Shown: piece after piece, positions 16,444-30,000 of the stretch | Numbering within the stretch: the first letter of the stretch is position 1 | Layout: every line of letters begins with the position of its first letter | From: Verrucomicrobiota bacterium | GTDB taxonomy: Bacteria > Verrucomicrobiota > Lentisphaeria > UBA2565 > JAYEIY01 | Direction of reading: 5' to 3' | DNA length: 51,830 nt | Assembly: GCA_034660375.1 (NCBI GenBank) | Contig: JAYEIY010000300.1 | Span: 1-51,830, forward strand | Notes under the pieces: model-generated | Told to the model about the DNA's origin: nothing | What the model saw: only the letters and a program-made list of their open reading frames with translations | Databases searched by the model: none | Made by a program: the position numbers and the translations under genes

Positions 16444-19074
16444 TTATTCCTTTTCTTTATCTAAATCTTCTTCATTTACTTCAGATGTTTCTTCAACTTC
16501 AGGCGTTTCTACATTTTCTTCTACTACTACCTCTTCGATGTTTTCAACTTCAGGATCTACTACTTCTTCACCTGACTCTTCATCTTCTTCGTCCAGTTTC
16601 ATTACTTTGCTTACTCCGCTGATATAGTCATCTTTTTTAAGTCTCATCACACGGACACCCTGGGTTGCTCTTCCTTTCGGCGTTATTTGTTCTGTCGGAA
16701 TTCTTACGAGCTGTCCTTTGACGGTGGTTAGCATTATTTCCACGTCTTCATTCAGTTGCAGTACGCCGACAACGCTGTCATCTTCTTTCAATTTTATGTT
16801 GATTACGCCTTTTCCACCGCGTTTTGTCAATCTGTATCCACCAATGATGTCCTTGTCTTCCTCAGCATTTCCCTTTCCTAGATGAGTTCGTTTTCCCATA
16901 CCCTGAGAAGTTACTACAAAGAGGTCATCGGTTTCTTTGACGACAGACATATCGACCAGTTGATCTTCTTTGGCGAGTCTTATTCCGCGAACGCCACGGG
17001 TATTTCGTCCTGTTGGGCGTACATCTTTTTCCTTAAATCGGCAGGCACGTCCATGGGTACTTGATATTATTATGTCAGATTCGCCATCTGTAAGTTTAGC
17101 TTCAATGAGATCGTCATCATCATCAAGCTTTATTGCATTAAGGGCTGCATTTCTAAGATTTTTAAATGCTCGCAATTCTGTTTTGTTGATTATTCCTTTT
17201 TTTGTTGCCATAATAATATATTTATCTTCTACATCAAGTTCATCGACAGTAATCATTGCACGAACAGATTCACCCTTTTCAAGCTGTAGAAGATTAATAA
17301 TAGCCTTCCCCTTTGAGGTTCGTGATCCCTCTGGAATTTCATAGACCTTGAGCCAGCGCATTTTTCCTTTATTTGTAAAAAACAGAATGTAATCATGTGA
17401 GCATACGGTAAAGAGATGTTCTACATAATCATCCTCTTTTGTCTGCATACCAATAACTCCCCTGCCTCCACGATGCTGGGTCCTGAAAGTTTCGGTCTTC
17501 ATTCGTTTAATATAACCTTCTTTAGAGATTGTAAGTACAAATATTTCTCTGGCAATAAGGTCTTCATAGTTAAAGTCTTCTTCATCAGGAAGGATTATAG
17601 TTCTTCTTTCAGAGGTATATTTATCTCTTACTTCAAGGAGTTCTTCTTTTAGGACTTCTAGGGTTAATTCACGACTGGCAAGAAGTGACTTAAGATATGT
17701 TATTACTTTTTGTAACTCATCATATTCTTCATTTAAAGCCTCTATTGCAAGACCCGTCAACTGGTGCATGCGCATATTAAGAATGGCATCTGTCTGTTCT
17801 TTTGAAAATTCAAACCTTTCAACTAGTGCTTTAAATGCATCATCTTTTGTCCTTGAATGTCTGATTATTTTTATTACTTCATCGAGATTGTCGACGGCAA
17901 TACGGAGTGCTTCAAGAATATGAGCACGGGCTTCCGCTTTTCGGAGATCAAACATATTTCTGCGGCATATTACTTCGTAGCGATGATCAATGTATGCTTG
18001 AAGAAGCTGTTTCAGGTTGAGTTGACGTGGCTGGTTTTTATCAACAACCAAAAACTGACAACCCATACTATGCTCCAAAGGAGTATGTTTGTATATGCGA
18101 TTAAGAACAATATTTGCAAAGGCATTACGTTTCACATCTATAACTATTTTTATGCCTACTCGGCTACTGGAAATGTCATTTAATGCTGAGATCCCTGTAA
18201 TTATATCATTTTTAACAAGATCAGCAATTTTAAGAATCAGGCGTTCTTTGTTTACCATGTATGGCAGTTCAGTAATAATAATCTTTTCGGCACCTGATTT
18301 TTCTTCTATTATCTCTGCTTTTCCACGGATCCGTATAATGCCATGTCCTGTTGTGTAAAGTTCCTGAATTGCACGCTTTCCAACAATGCTTGCTCCCGTA
18401 GGAAAATCTGGACCCGGAATATGTCCCATCAAGTCCATAGCATCACAATCTGGAGTATCTACCAGATGAACGGTGGCATTAATAACTTCATCAAGATTAT
18501 GCGGCGGAATACTTGTTGCCATTCCTACACCAATACCTGTGCCTCCCATTACTAGTAAATTAGGGAATTTTGCAGGCAAAACAGTCGGTTCCAGTGTTGT
18601 TTCATCAAAGGTTGGAACCATATCAACGGTGTCTTTGTTGATGTCAGTCAGAAGCTCTTCTGTCAGTCTTTCCATGCGACATTCTGTGTAACGATATGCC
18701 GCCGCTGCATCTCCATCAATACTACCAAAGTTCCCTTGTCCGTCAATGAGAGGGTAGCGCATATTGAAATCCTGAGCCATTCTGACAAGCGTATCATATA
18801 CAGACTGGTCCCCGTGGGGGTGATAATTACCGATTACTTCTCCGACAACTTTTGCACATTTTGTATAGGCATGTGATTTTGTCAGATTGAGTTGTCTCAT
18901 CGCGTAGAGAATACGCCTGTTTCCAGGTTTTAATCCGTCTCTAACATCTGGAATTGCACGACCGATATTAACGCTCAGAGAATATTGGAGATATGCAGAA
19001 TGCATTAAATCTTCTATATTAGCCGGTATGTCATTAGAAATCTGTTTTTTTATTTCCTGTTCTGTTTCACTCAT
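16444..19074 (-). CDS. gyrA: DNA gyrase subunit A
   Basis: [40 protein letters not shown], the active-site region [12 protein letters not shown]-terminal beta-pinwheel repeats and an acidic tail. Confidence 0.97.
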   Translation of the reverse strand: MSETEQEIKKQISNDIPANIEDLMHSAYLQYSLSVNIGRAIPDVRDGLKPGNRRILYAMRQLNLTKSHAYTKCAKVVGEVIGNYHPHGDQSVYDTLVRMAQDFNMRYPLIDGQGNFGSIDGDAAAAYRYTECRMERLTEELLTDINKDTVDMVPTFDETTLEPTVLPAKFPNLLVMGGTGIGVGMATSIPPHNLDEVINATVHLVDTPDCDAMDLMGHIPGPDFPTGASIVGKRAIQELYTTGHGIIRIRGKAEIIEEKSGAEKIIITELPYMVNKERLILKIADLVKNDIITGISALNDISSSRVGIKIVIDVKRNAFANIVLNRIYKHTPLEHSMGCQFLVVDKNQPRQLNLKQLLQAYIDHRYEVICRRNMFDLRKAEARAHILEALRIAVDNLDEVIKIIRHSRTKDDAFKALVERFEFSKEQTDAILNMRMHQLTGLAIEALNEEYDELQKVITYLKSLLASRELTLEVLKEELLEVRDKYTSERRTIILPDEEDFNYEDLIAREIFVLTISKEGYIKRMKTETFRTQHRGGRGVIGMQTKEDDYVEHLFTVCSHDYILFFTNKGKMRWLKVYEIPEGSRTSKGKAIINLLQLEKGESVRAMITVDELDVEDKYIIMATKKGIINKTELRAFKNLRNAALNAIKLDDDDDLIEAKLTDGESDIIISSTHGRACRFKEKDVRPTGRNTRGVRGIRLAKEDQLVDMSVVKETDDLFVVTSQGMGKRTHLGKGNAEEDKDIIGGYRLTKRGGKGVINIKLKEDDSVVGVLQLNEDVEIMLTTVKGQLVRIPTEQITPKGRATQGVRVMRLKKDDYISGVSKVMKLDEEDEESGEEVVDPEVENIEEVVVEENVETPEVEETSEVNEEDLDKEKE

Positions 19075-19092
19075 ATTTTTTTCCCTTTTCTT

Positions 19093-20652
19093 TTATATGT
19101 TTTCACAATTTTTAATTATTTTCCAATCGTTCATTTCTCGCATTTCTTTATCGAATGCAACTCCTACGAGAATAATTTTCTTTTTTGATAATTCATATTT
19201 TCTATAGTACTGTTTTTCTTTAATTTGTTTAATTGCGGAGTCCGCAGAATCAAAGAGTTTAAATTCAAATATGTAGATGTGTGAGTCTGTTTCTATAACA
19301 GCATCTATACGACCTTTATTTGTTTTTATTTCGGTTTTAATTCTAACACCTAACAAGGCAAAAACAAGATAGAAAATTGTCTGATAATACTTTTCATTGG
19401 CAATATGCAGATCATAATCAATATTGGCAAAAAATACATTAAGATTTTTCATGAATTTATCAATATCATTAGCCAAAATCGCCCGTTGAAGCTCATTCAA
19501 ATACTGTGGGGCAAGCTCTTTTGTCATTGGAGTATAATAATCTACCAAATACCTTAAAAATGCATTTTTTACTTCTCTGTTTGGATAAGAGAGGGTATAT
19601 TCATCATATTCTTCGTTGTAGTCAACAATTGTTGCATATCCAGTTTGAAAAAGTAGTGGTTCAACTCTTAAACGCTCAACTTCGTAAGCGGAAAATGCCA
19701 TCGCATCTAGTTTTAAACCTTCCAGAGATTTTATGTCATAGTTCTTATCACGCATCAATTCTAGTAAAAATGTGGGAGTTCCAGTTTCAAACCAGTAATT
19801 ATCAAATTCTCCTGTCATCATAAATTTGGTCAAAGAAACAGGGTTGTAGACAGTTATAGCCTTTTTTGATAACCTATATCCATTGTACCATTCTTTTATC
19901 TCTGCAATCAATTCTTTTTGATCTTTGTTGCGTTCTTCTGCAATCTCTGCAATTCTTTCTTTGAAATAAGATTCCACCTCATTTTGTGTAAAACCAAGCA
20001 TGGTAGAATATTTTGTATTCATAGTCAAATCATCAAGATTATTTAATTCTGAAAAAATAGAAACTTTAGAAAATTTGCTTACTCCTGTCATCATCGAAAA
20101 ACGTAAATGTGGTTCGGCAGTTTTAATAACAGAATAAAAGCCCTTCAAGGTCTCTTTTATTTTATGTATATTGTCATTTAAAACATTGCTTAAAATGGGC
20201 TTATCATATTCGTCAATTAAAATAACAACTTTATCAGTTTCAGATAAAATGTTTATTAATTCTTCAAATTTTTCTGCTGCTCCATCACGTTTTAATTCAA
20301 CTTTGTGTAAGGTCGCAATATCATCAATTTTATAGTTTAAGTGACGTTCCAGATCCGGGGCAGTATGGGCACTAATATTGCCAAGGTTAAGATTAATAAT
20401 AGGATACTTTTTCCAATCATAATCCTGTTCGTATATATAGAGTCCTTTAAAAAGCTCCTTGTCCCCTGAAAAAATGGATTTAAAAGTGGAAAGCATTAGG
20501 GATTTTCCAAATCTTCGGGGACGTGAAAGGAAGTACATTCCCTTTGGATTCTGAATTAAATCATAAATCTCTTTTGTTTTGTCGATATATAGAAAATTCC
20601 CATCTAAAATATCTTTAAACGTATATACACTTGTTGTTAGTCTTTTATTCAT
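19093..20652 (-). CDS. AAA-ATPase_like plus PD-(D/E)XK (PDDEXK_9/DUF1703) family protein
   Basis: FKDILDGNFLYIDKTKEIYDL, FLSRPRRFGKSLMLSTF and the C-terminal GRIDAVIETDSHIYIFEFK nuclease-like core. Confidence 0.85.
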   Translation of the reverse strand: MNKRLTTSVYTFKDILDGNFLYIDKTKEIYDLIQNPKGMYFLSRPRRFGKSLMLSTFKSIFSGDKELFKGLYIYEQDYDWKKYPIINLNLGNISAHTAPDLERHLNYKIDDIATLHKVELKRDGAAEKFEELINILSETDKVVILIDEYDKPILSNVLNDNIHKIKETLKGFYSVIKTAEPHLRFSMMTGVSKFSKVSIFSELNNLDDLTMNTKYSTMLGFTQNEVESYFKERIAEIAEERNKDQKELIAEIKEWYNGYRLSKKAITVYNPVSLTKFMMTGEFDNYWFETGTPTFLLELMRDKNYDIKSLEGLKLDAMAFSAYEVERLRVEPLLFQTGYATIVDYNEEYDEYTLSYPNREVKNAFLRYLVDYYTPMTKELAPQYLNELQRAILANDIDKFMKNLNVFFANIDYDLHIANEKYYQTIFYLVFALLGVRIKTEIKTNKGRIDAVIETDSHIYIFEFKLFDSADSAIKQIKEKQYYRKYELSKKKIILVGVAFDKEMREMNDWKIIKNCENI

Positions 20653-20726
20653 TTTTTAAGTCTAAATATTCTGTTTGCAGTTGTTTTTTTGAGCAAATAA
20701 TACTAAAAATCATTATGAACGAGTCA

Positions 20727-20821
20727 GTATTTATCTCAAATAAAGGTCAAAATCTCTGATTTTGAACCTAGAAAACCTTTATGAAAAGGGTTTTACTTTT
20801 TAAAAACCTTTTCGTGCAGAG
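20727..20821. repeat. ~94-bp intergenic repeat, copy 1 (partner at 46427..46520, same orientation)
   Basis: gtatttatctcaaataaaggtcaaaatctctgattttgaacctagaaaacctttatgaaaagggttttactttttaaaaaccttttcgtgcagag. It shares blocks of 12, 17, 8, 10 and 8 identical nt with copy 2. It contains three segments (gaaaaccttt / gaaaagggtttt / aaaaccttttc) in which the middle one can pair with either neighbour. Confidence 0.85.
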
Positions 20822-20951
20822 TTTATTTTAAAATGCAATATAAATCTTTACAAAATAAAATAATACCAAAACAAGAAAAAACAAGGAAATTAAATCTGAT
20901 TTCTATAAAGTGAAATAAGTAAAGTAATTTTATAAAAAAGCAAAAAAGAGA

Positions 20952-20979
20952 TTGACCTTTTCCTTTTATATGCTATAAT
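20952..20979 (+). promoter_or_regulatory. Sigma70-like promoter of the giant gene
   Basis: TTGACC (20952..20957), a 16-nt spacer, then TATAAT (20974..20979). An AGGAG RBS at 21025..21029 lies 8 nt before ATG 21038. Confidence 0.6.
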
Positions 20980-21037
20980 AAAAGGTAGTAAAATTTTATT
21001 TGTTAAATTTTTAACATTAATAATAGGAGAAGAAAAG

Positions 21038-24000
21038 ATGATTCGATTTAAAAAGCGAAGTATAGGTTTAACAATTTTATTATGTATGTTGTTAGTGTGT
21101 TTGTCATCATTGTTTGCAGAAGATCCTGATTGGAGTGATAGTCATGACGGTGGAAATGTGGGAAGTATTACTTTAGACGGAGACGGAGCAGGCAGTGTTT
21201 CAGGAACTATAGATTCTTATGGCGGGGAGAATAATGGAGGTGACGTAGATTTCTTTTCTGTTGCTTTTCTTGCAGAGACCTCTTATATACTTAAAAATAG
21301 TGTGTGGGGGAGTGCTTTTAGAATTTATGATACAGATGGAACGACATCAATAAAATCATCATCGGATGATACTTCCTTCAGTACTGCATCAGGAGGAACT
21401 TATTACATCAAAGTCTATGGCGGCTGGGATTGCGGTAAAGGTGATTATACCATTGATATTTCAAAAAATGTAGAAGATGACCACGGAAATACATTTGCTA
21501 CGGTCAAGACGGCAGATATAATAACAGAAAGTGGGATACGTTCTGGTTCTTTGGAAGTAAATGGAGACGAAGATTATTTTAAATTTTCGGGAAGCAATGG
21601 AAATTACTATAAATATAAGATTAGTTCAAATGTAAGTGCCAGTCTTTATAGCTCGTCAGGATCTTATATAACAGGCGGATATGAAAAAATATTTCAATAT
21701 TCGACAGCACGGGATGGAGAGTATGTTTTTAAAGTGTATGGATGGGGAACACAAGATTACAATATCAAATTTTCAGCCGTGCAGTCTTCATCATTTCCTG
21801 ATGCACAGGTATCCTCAGTTGCAGTAAATGCAATTGAGAAAGGACGCGGAGACGTAACGGTTGATCCTGGAGAACAGTTTAAAACAGTATCAATTTTTAC
21901 AAACAATACTAATGATTGGCCATTTGAAATAGATAGTTCTCTGAATATAAAAACTCAGTTAGTCCCGACAGGAGCAGGTAATACAACAAATCTGGGAACA
22001 TACTATTTTAATGGACGCTATAGCGGATATGCCAGTGATTATACTTATTCTAGCTGGTACAATATCTGGCAGTCATCAATAAAATCAGGTTATTATAAAT
22101 TATTTATATCATTTAAAAGAAATAGTTCCTCAGATGAAGTTGATCATCGTTTTTATTTAGACAATATAAAGGTTCAGAATCAAGCTCAGGATACAGATTT
22201 ATGGACAGAAAATTTTGAACACGGCGGAGGATGGACTGGCAGAGATAATACTTGGTATTATTTAGCAGCAGACACAGGAGCAGACAAGGATGCAGTTATT
22301 CAGTCTGTAAAAGTGAATGAAGGAACCTATGCAGCGGCAGGTCCTGAAACAATAGCCGTAGGTGAAAATGTTATAATGTATAGGTATATCAATATAATAG
22401 AGGATGATGCAGTACTGACAGCAGATTATTGGGTTGATGGAGAAAGTAGTAATAATTTTGATGTTTATCTCATACGTGTCTTTAACGATCAGTATCCAAT
22501 TACAATTACAAATGATATAACCGTGCCGGAAGGAACGCCGGCAGGAACATATAACGTAGAGCTTACAGTGGACAGTAATTCTGAAGTCTTTGAATCAGAA
22601 GAAACTAATAATACTTTTACAACGATTTCCGGCAATCAAGTGACTGTAAATGCAAAGTCATATCCCGACCTAATTGTTTCAAGCATTTCTATTGCAACAG
22701 CAAGATCTTTGGATGTTACCGAAGAAGATGAGATTACGGTAAGTTGGACTGTTACTAATCAAGGAGATGTCGCCACAACCGTAATTTCTTCCGAGGGTAA
22801 CTGGGATGACAAGATCTACATAACAGATGATCCAAATGCAGAATGTAACCTACAATATATTACAACAGTTAATTACTCTAATGCTGATCTAGATCCTACA
22901 ACCAGAGGAACTTCCTACACAGTAAATGAAACGATTACACTCCCCGAAAATGCAGTTGGAACTCAATACATTGTAGTAAAAACAGATACCGGCGGAGATG
23001 TCATTGAGGGCAGCAACGAAGGGAATAATACAGAAATTGCTTCTACTCCGTTGGAAATAACCGCAAAAGACAGACCAAACCTGGTTGTAATAGATATGTC
23101 ACTGGATAAATCTTCTTATGAATTGGGAGGAGAGGCAACTCTTACCTACACAATAAAAAATGAGGGAACCGCAGATTCTTCAAAATTGTTTAATGATAGA
23201 ATATTTCTTTCTCAGGATAATACATTTGGATCAGATGTTTATCTCGGAGAAAATGAATATGATACTTATGCTCATGGAGGAAGTAAGGTATTTACTATTG
23301 AGTCTATAGGAACCTATTCGTGGGCAGGAATAGAAACAACAAAAACAGTACCAGCAGAAGGGGGAACTATATCTTTTTCCTATATTGCAGATACAATAGA
23401 ATATGGTAATAGATTGTATTTTTATATTTATGACTCAGAAGAAAATGAAGTACATAGTGCAAGCTGGACTTATGATACAGATTGGGATCAATACTCTTAC
23501 ACACTTACAAAAGGGACATATACCTTTAAATGGAGATATTATCACTCCAATTATTCTAACTCAGGAGTAGCATATCTTGATGACATATCATTTCCAGACG
23601 GTTCTACCGAAGATTTTGAGGGGGTAAGAAGTACTACATGGACACAGGTTGCTGGCGATAACGCATCTTGGGAGATTCTTGACTTGGGAAATGCACCCGC
23701 TCCATTAGTACCAGGAGACTCTTTTGTTAAAACTTATACAGTCACTATACCTGCTGACATAGCTTATGTAGATACAAACTGGATAGCGTTAGAAATTGAC
23801 AATGATGGAGATATTAATGAGGGAGTTTTTGGTGGGGAAGACGATAACGAAATTGTTGGAACGGGGACCACGGGAAATTTTGGGACATCTCTGGAACTTA
23901 CTATCCCAGATCATCCAGATCTAGTGGTTAGTAATATACAACTGAGAAGTGGAGCCACATCCGTATCTTGGGATGAGCAGGTTACACTTCAATGGACCGT

Positions 24001-27000
24001 AACAAATAATGGAGATGAACCTGCAATACCATCTTTAGGATATTATAATTATAATTCCATTTTCGATTATCTTTATCTCCTAGAAAATGCAGATGGAGAA
24101 AGTGATATGACAACATCAAACAGTGTAGTTACTTATCAAATTGGATATGATGATTATCATTATGGGACTTCAGAATCATTTTATAGTGATACTTTATCTG
24201 ACCTATCGCCGGGACAACATATAATTACATGGATATTCCGACGAAACAGTTCCGGTTCTGCAGGGACCAATTCAGCATGGATAGATAAATTTTCATATTT
24301 GGACGCAGGAGGTTCTACTGTTACAGAAGAATTTACAACAGGTATTCCGGATTCCGGTTGGACTACATTTGGAGATGTTAACTGGATTGCCGATGCTACA
24401 ACCGGATATTCTGATAGTCATTCTCTTACAGCAATTGGTTTGGATCATGATCAGTATGCAGGAATCTCTACAACTATTACTACTGGAAATGATGGCTCTG
24501 GAAGTAGTGATATAACTTACCGTTATAAAACATCCACAGAAAATAGTGATAGATTATATGTCTTTATAGATGGTATCCTTCTCCCTGGAGAATCAGTAAC
24601 AAGACTTGCAAAAATAACTGTTCCCCAACAAACAAGCAGTCCAAAAGATATGAAATTTGCTGTATGGACTGATGCAAATTATGACAGAATAAATGAATAT
24701 GATGACAATGACAATAATAAAACGATTGCAACATCAACAGTCTCTGTCAATCAACCAGATTATCCAGATCTGCAAGTTATGAATGTACAACTGGAAAATG
24801 CAGCTACATCTGTCACCTGGGATGAGCAGGTAGTACTTCAATGGACTGTTACAAATAATGGAGATGAACCTGCAATACCCAAATATACAACACAATACAA
24901 TACTCCACACGATTATCTTTATTTACTCAATTCGGATGCAACGACGACAAACATGACAACGTCAAATGAAGAAGCAAATTATTATTATGGATATGACGAT
25001 TCTCACTCTGGTGAATCAGGGGGATGGGTCTCTAATAGATTATATAATTTGCTTCCGGGTAATCATATAATTACGTGGATATTTAAGAAGGATTTTTCTC
25101 TTTCGGGAGGGGATGATGCAGTCTGGATTGATAATTTTACATATCTGGCAAGTGATAATTCTACAACGGTTGTAGAAAAATTCACAGACGGTATTCCCGC
25201 ATCTGGTTGGACTTTATTTGGGAATGTAGATTGGGCATCTGATGCAACAATTGGATATGATGATATATATTGCCTCAAGGCAGTAGGACTTGCAGATAAT
25301 CAATACGCTGGAATGTCTGTTGAAATAACAACGGGTGATGACGGAACTGGAAGCTGTGATGTTGATTATTATTACAAAACGTCTACAGAATCTAATGATA
25401 GACTTTATGTCTTTGTTGATGGAGTATTACTCCCGGGACAATCTGTTCAGCGTGAAAAAACAGTAACAATAGCACATCAAGACTCTGATACCGCAACAAT
25501 GAAATTTGGAGTATGGACAGACGCAACTAATAATATATTTACTGAAGATAATGATGATAATAATAAGACTTTTGCTTCCACAACAGTAACTGTAAATAAA
25601 CCGGATTATCCAGATCTGATTGTGACAAATATTGAAATAGAAGGAAATCCGACATCGGTAGCATGGGGACAGTCTATTACGGCAAATTGGACAATTAAAA
25701 ATCAGGGACTTGCTCCGGCAATTTTGAAGTGGGATGGGAATTCTTATAATTTAACTTGTGACTATCTCTATTTCCTTGAAGAAGATGATGAGATTGCAGA
25801 TATGAACTCTACTGTTACTTCACAAAATTTTGGGTATTACAATTATTATTCAGGAACAGCAGAAACGTTTTATCAGCAAAATGTAACAGGTATCAAGCAG
25901 GGAGAACATACTTTTACCTGGATTTACAGAAAAAACTCTTCTGGTTATGACGGACAGGATACCGTATGGATTGACAATCTTTCCTATACCGCATCTGATG
26001 ACTCAACCGCAACAGAAGATTTTACGACTGGAGTTCCCTCCTCGCCTGCTGACACTTGGTGGAATTTTGGTGATACTCAATGGATTGCGGACTCCGCAAA
26101 TGGTCAGGGAGAAGAAGATAACAATTCAATAAAAGCTACAGGTCTTGACGATAATAAATATGCAGCAGTTAGTTTTAAAACAACAATAGGTAACGCAGGA
26201 TCTGGAACAGGGAATCTCTCTTTCTACTATATGACCTCAACAGAAAGTTATGACAGATTATACTTCTTTATCGATGGAATTATCTATCCAGGAGAATCTC
26301 TTATTCGTTCAAAAACATTTACTGTACCGCAGCAGGATACAGACAACAAAACAATGAAATTAGGGGTTTATACAGATGGAGATTCCTGGCAGAATATTGT
26401 AGAAGAAGATGAAGATAATAATAAATTCATAGGAAGTACATTTACAGCTATAATACCTGATCATGCAGACCTTGTAGCAACTATTAATTCCGTTACCCGT
26501 AATACAAGAGGAGATTTTTATTGGGGAGATGAAGTTACAGTAAATTATACGATCACCAACAACGGGGATTATCCCACCGGAGTTCACTGGGAAGATGATT
26601 TGTACCTTTCCGAAGATCAAATTGAGGGAAGTGATACTTATTTAACAGAAAAAACCTTTAACTATACTACTAGACATTACTACGAAACACAAGATACGTG
26701 GAGTCAAAAAAGTATTGATGTTACAGCCGGAGAGCATAGATTTACGTGGGCATTTAAAAATACCGGAGTACAAAGTTATAATGATGATGATGTCTGGTTG
26801 GATTTTATTCAGTTTCCTGGGGGTGATAATGAAAGCTTTGAGGACGTCTCAGATGGTTTTGACCTTACAGGTTGGATAACAGCAGGAAATATCGGTTGGG
26901 CTCAGGATGGAACTCAGGCATCTTCCGTTGACGGAGGAAGCAAATCTTTAAAAAGCGGAGCCATAGGCTATAATGAATTCTCTGTTGTAAGTATTACGAA

Positions 27001-30000
27001 AACCGTAGATGCGGGAACTCTTACTTACTATACGCGTTTTTCGTGTGAAAATTATGATTATCTCTATTTTTTCATCGACGGAATGCTTTGTCCAGGACAG
27101 TCTTATACGACAGAACAAACATTTACTATGCCTACTTTGGACACAAATCTCAAAAATATGTACGTCATGTTGAAAACAAATAAAGATGATGATTTCAATG
27201 AATACGATGACACAGCAAATAATCTGGTATTTAGCGATGTCATGACTGTAAACTCAACTCCTGCACCTGATTTAGTTGTTTCTGAAATACAGTTTTCTCA
27301 AAACGGAGCACCCGTAGAAGGAGAATATTTCTGGGGAAAATCTCTCGATGTAACATACAAAATTACTAATCAGGGATCGGAAGATTTGATAGGAGTCTGG
27401 AATGACAAATTTGATCTCTATCAGAATGGAACTCATAAAGATCATCTGGGAGAAAAATCCACGACTTCACGCTATGGATCGTGGTCTTCTAATGCAAGCT
27501 GGGCACAACAAATATACACTATCCCGGCAGGGAAACGTCAGTTGCGTTGGAAATTCTATAGAGGACCGAACAGTACGGGCGATAATCATCTTGCATATAT
27601 TGATGATGTCTCGATTGTCGTGGGATATCAAATCTATAATGATACAGATGATAATGAAATAACCAGTGGCTCGGATTCTTCATGGACTGCACCGGAAAAT
27701 GTAGCAGGAAGTCAGACAGGGCTGTATTATTATGATGCAGATAACAACGATACCTATACCACAGGAGAAGATGTTTGGTATGGACATAGCTATAATCGTG
27801 GAGACAGTAATGAAGTAATTTACGACGGAGGAGATGGGTGGACTACTTTTTCTCAATCAGGTATTCAAACAGGACTTTATTATTATGATGTAGATGCAAG
27901 TGGAACTTATACTGTCGGAGAAGATATTTGGGCAGAAGGTGACGATGATGGACATTATACAGACGGAGTGGATACCAAAGTCTATGATGGTGGAGACGGA
28001 TGGGTTGCAGATGATGTTGACGGAAGAAATGACCTCTATTACAGAGATGCGGATTCAAACAATGCTTATACTGTCGGAGAAGATATCTGGAACGGATATT
28101 ATAGCTTCTCCTCCAAAAAAGTTTATGATGGTGGAGATGGATGGACGGTTAGTGGACAGTCGGGAAAACAAACAGACTTATTCTATTATGATGCAGACGG
28201 AAATTCAACGTACTCTGAAGGCGAGGATATCTGGGTTGATGCTCCGATAATTACAGAAGATTTTGAAAGCGTAACTTCTCCTGCATTACCTGGAGCGATA
28301 GCTGATGCATTCGGTGCCTGGACAAGCAATACTACAAACGGAAATGATGATGTCTGGGTAACGGTCGGTTCAGAGGAAAGTCCAGATGGTCACGACAGTA
28401 ATATTGCTGCTCAAATTGGTGCAAATATAGGCACAGATCAAGCAGCCGAACTTGTTACTGATGTTGATTTTGCAAAGTCAACACGAATAAAATTCTGGAG
28501 AAAAATGGTTATAGACAACTCTGATGATAATCTCTATTTCAATGTCTATGACAAATTAGCACAGGGCGAATTTGTTTGGAGAGAATATACCACAAACACT
28601 ATAGATAACTATTTTGATGGGACTTATCAGTTGCGTGTAACAACAGACTGCGATGATACTATAGAAGAGTACGATAAAGAAGATAACAATGATCTTGAAA
28701 CCAATATTACTCTAAGAGCTCCAAATTTGGCAGATCTTACCGTTACATCACTTGTCAGTTATGATGCAAATGCATATACAGGAGAAGATTTTACATTTAC
28801 GTATACTCTGAATAATCTTGGAGGCATAGCCGCTACATCTACAATATATGACAAGTATTTCTTTGTTAATGTGTCCACCAATACTTCATATCCAGTAAGT
28901 TCAAGTGCAAACAATAATTACAAAAGTATTAGTGATGATATTGCCGGAGAAAGCAGTCTTCAGGTCACAGCCACACTGGAAGTAGGGAATATCCCGGAAG
29001 GAGAGTATTATTTAAGAATTTATACCGATACAGGAAATTATAATAATGATCCGGAAAGCTATCTTTTAGGCGGACAATATTATTCTGGCGGATACATTGT
29101 TGAATCCTGTGATGATAAGTATATTGATCCCAACTACGCCGTACAGACAAATAACAATATATTCAATACCGATGACACTCAAAAAATAAATGTAACCTTC
29201 CATACATCAGATTTGATTACTACAAATATAAGTGTTCCTGAAGATGCCGCATGGGGAACAACTGTTCAAGTCTCCTATACTATGCTTAACGCAGGTCCAA
29301 GCTCAACTCCGGCAGGAATTGCAAATATCCCGGCAAATGTGCCGTTTTACAATAAAGCATGGTTTTCAGAAGACGGTGTAAACTGGGGTAGTTATACCAC
29401 CACAACCGTTTCTGAAGAATCTGCAGGAGAAGGAGATTATACTGCTGCATCTGGTGGTATCTCACACAGTCAGTCTTCTGGGATAGAAATATCCAAAACA
29501 GTACCTGCCGAAGGAGGAACAATCTCATTCAAATATCGAACGTCTTCAGAAAGTGGATATGACTATCTAAGATTTTATGTTATTAATGATTCTCAGGAAA
29601 CAATTCATAGTCAGGCTTGGGCAGGAAATGGTTCATGGACTACATATTCTTACAATGTCGTTGACCCTGGAACATATACTTTTAGATGGAGATATACTAA
29701 AGACGGAAGCGTTAATAGCTATAATGACACAGTTTATCTTGACGATATAAGTTTCCCCGATGGAAGTGCAGAAACCTTTGAAACGGGAACTTTTAGCGGA
29801 AGCTGGACACAGGTAGCAGGGAGTAATGCCGATTGGACCATAGAACAATACATATTCCCATTACCTGTTGATCAGACAGCCATACGTACCATGGGAGTGG
29901 CAATTCCATCCAATGCTACCGAAGGATATATCAAAATTGAACTTGACTATAACAATAATGCAGGCGAATTTAATCAGGCAAGAGATAATAACATTACAAC

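Noticed and set aside
16434-19074. Plus-strand ORFs (16434..16622, 16882..17064, 16970..17344, 17416..17652, 17857..18183, 18089..18358, 18343..18555, 18473..18691) opposite gyrA.
   Set aside because: They are antisense to a highly conserved gyrA ORF, and their low-complexity products have no recognisable motifs.
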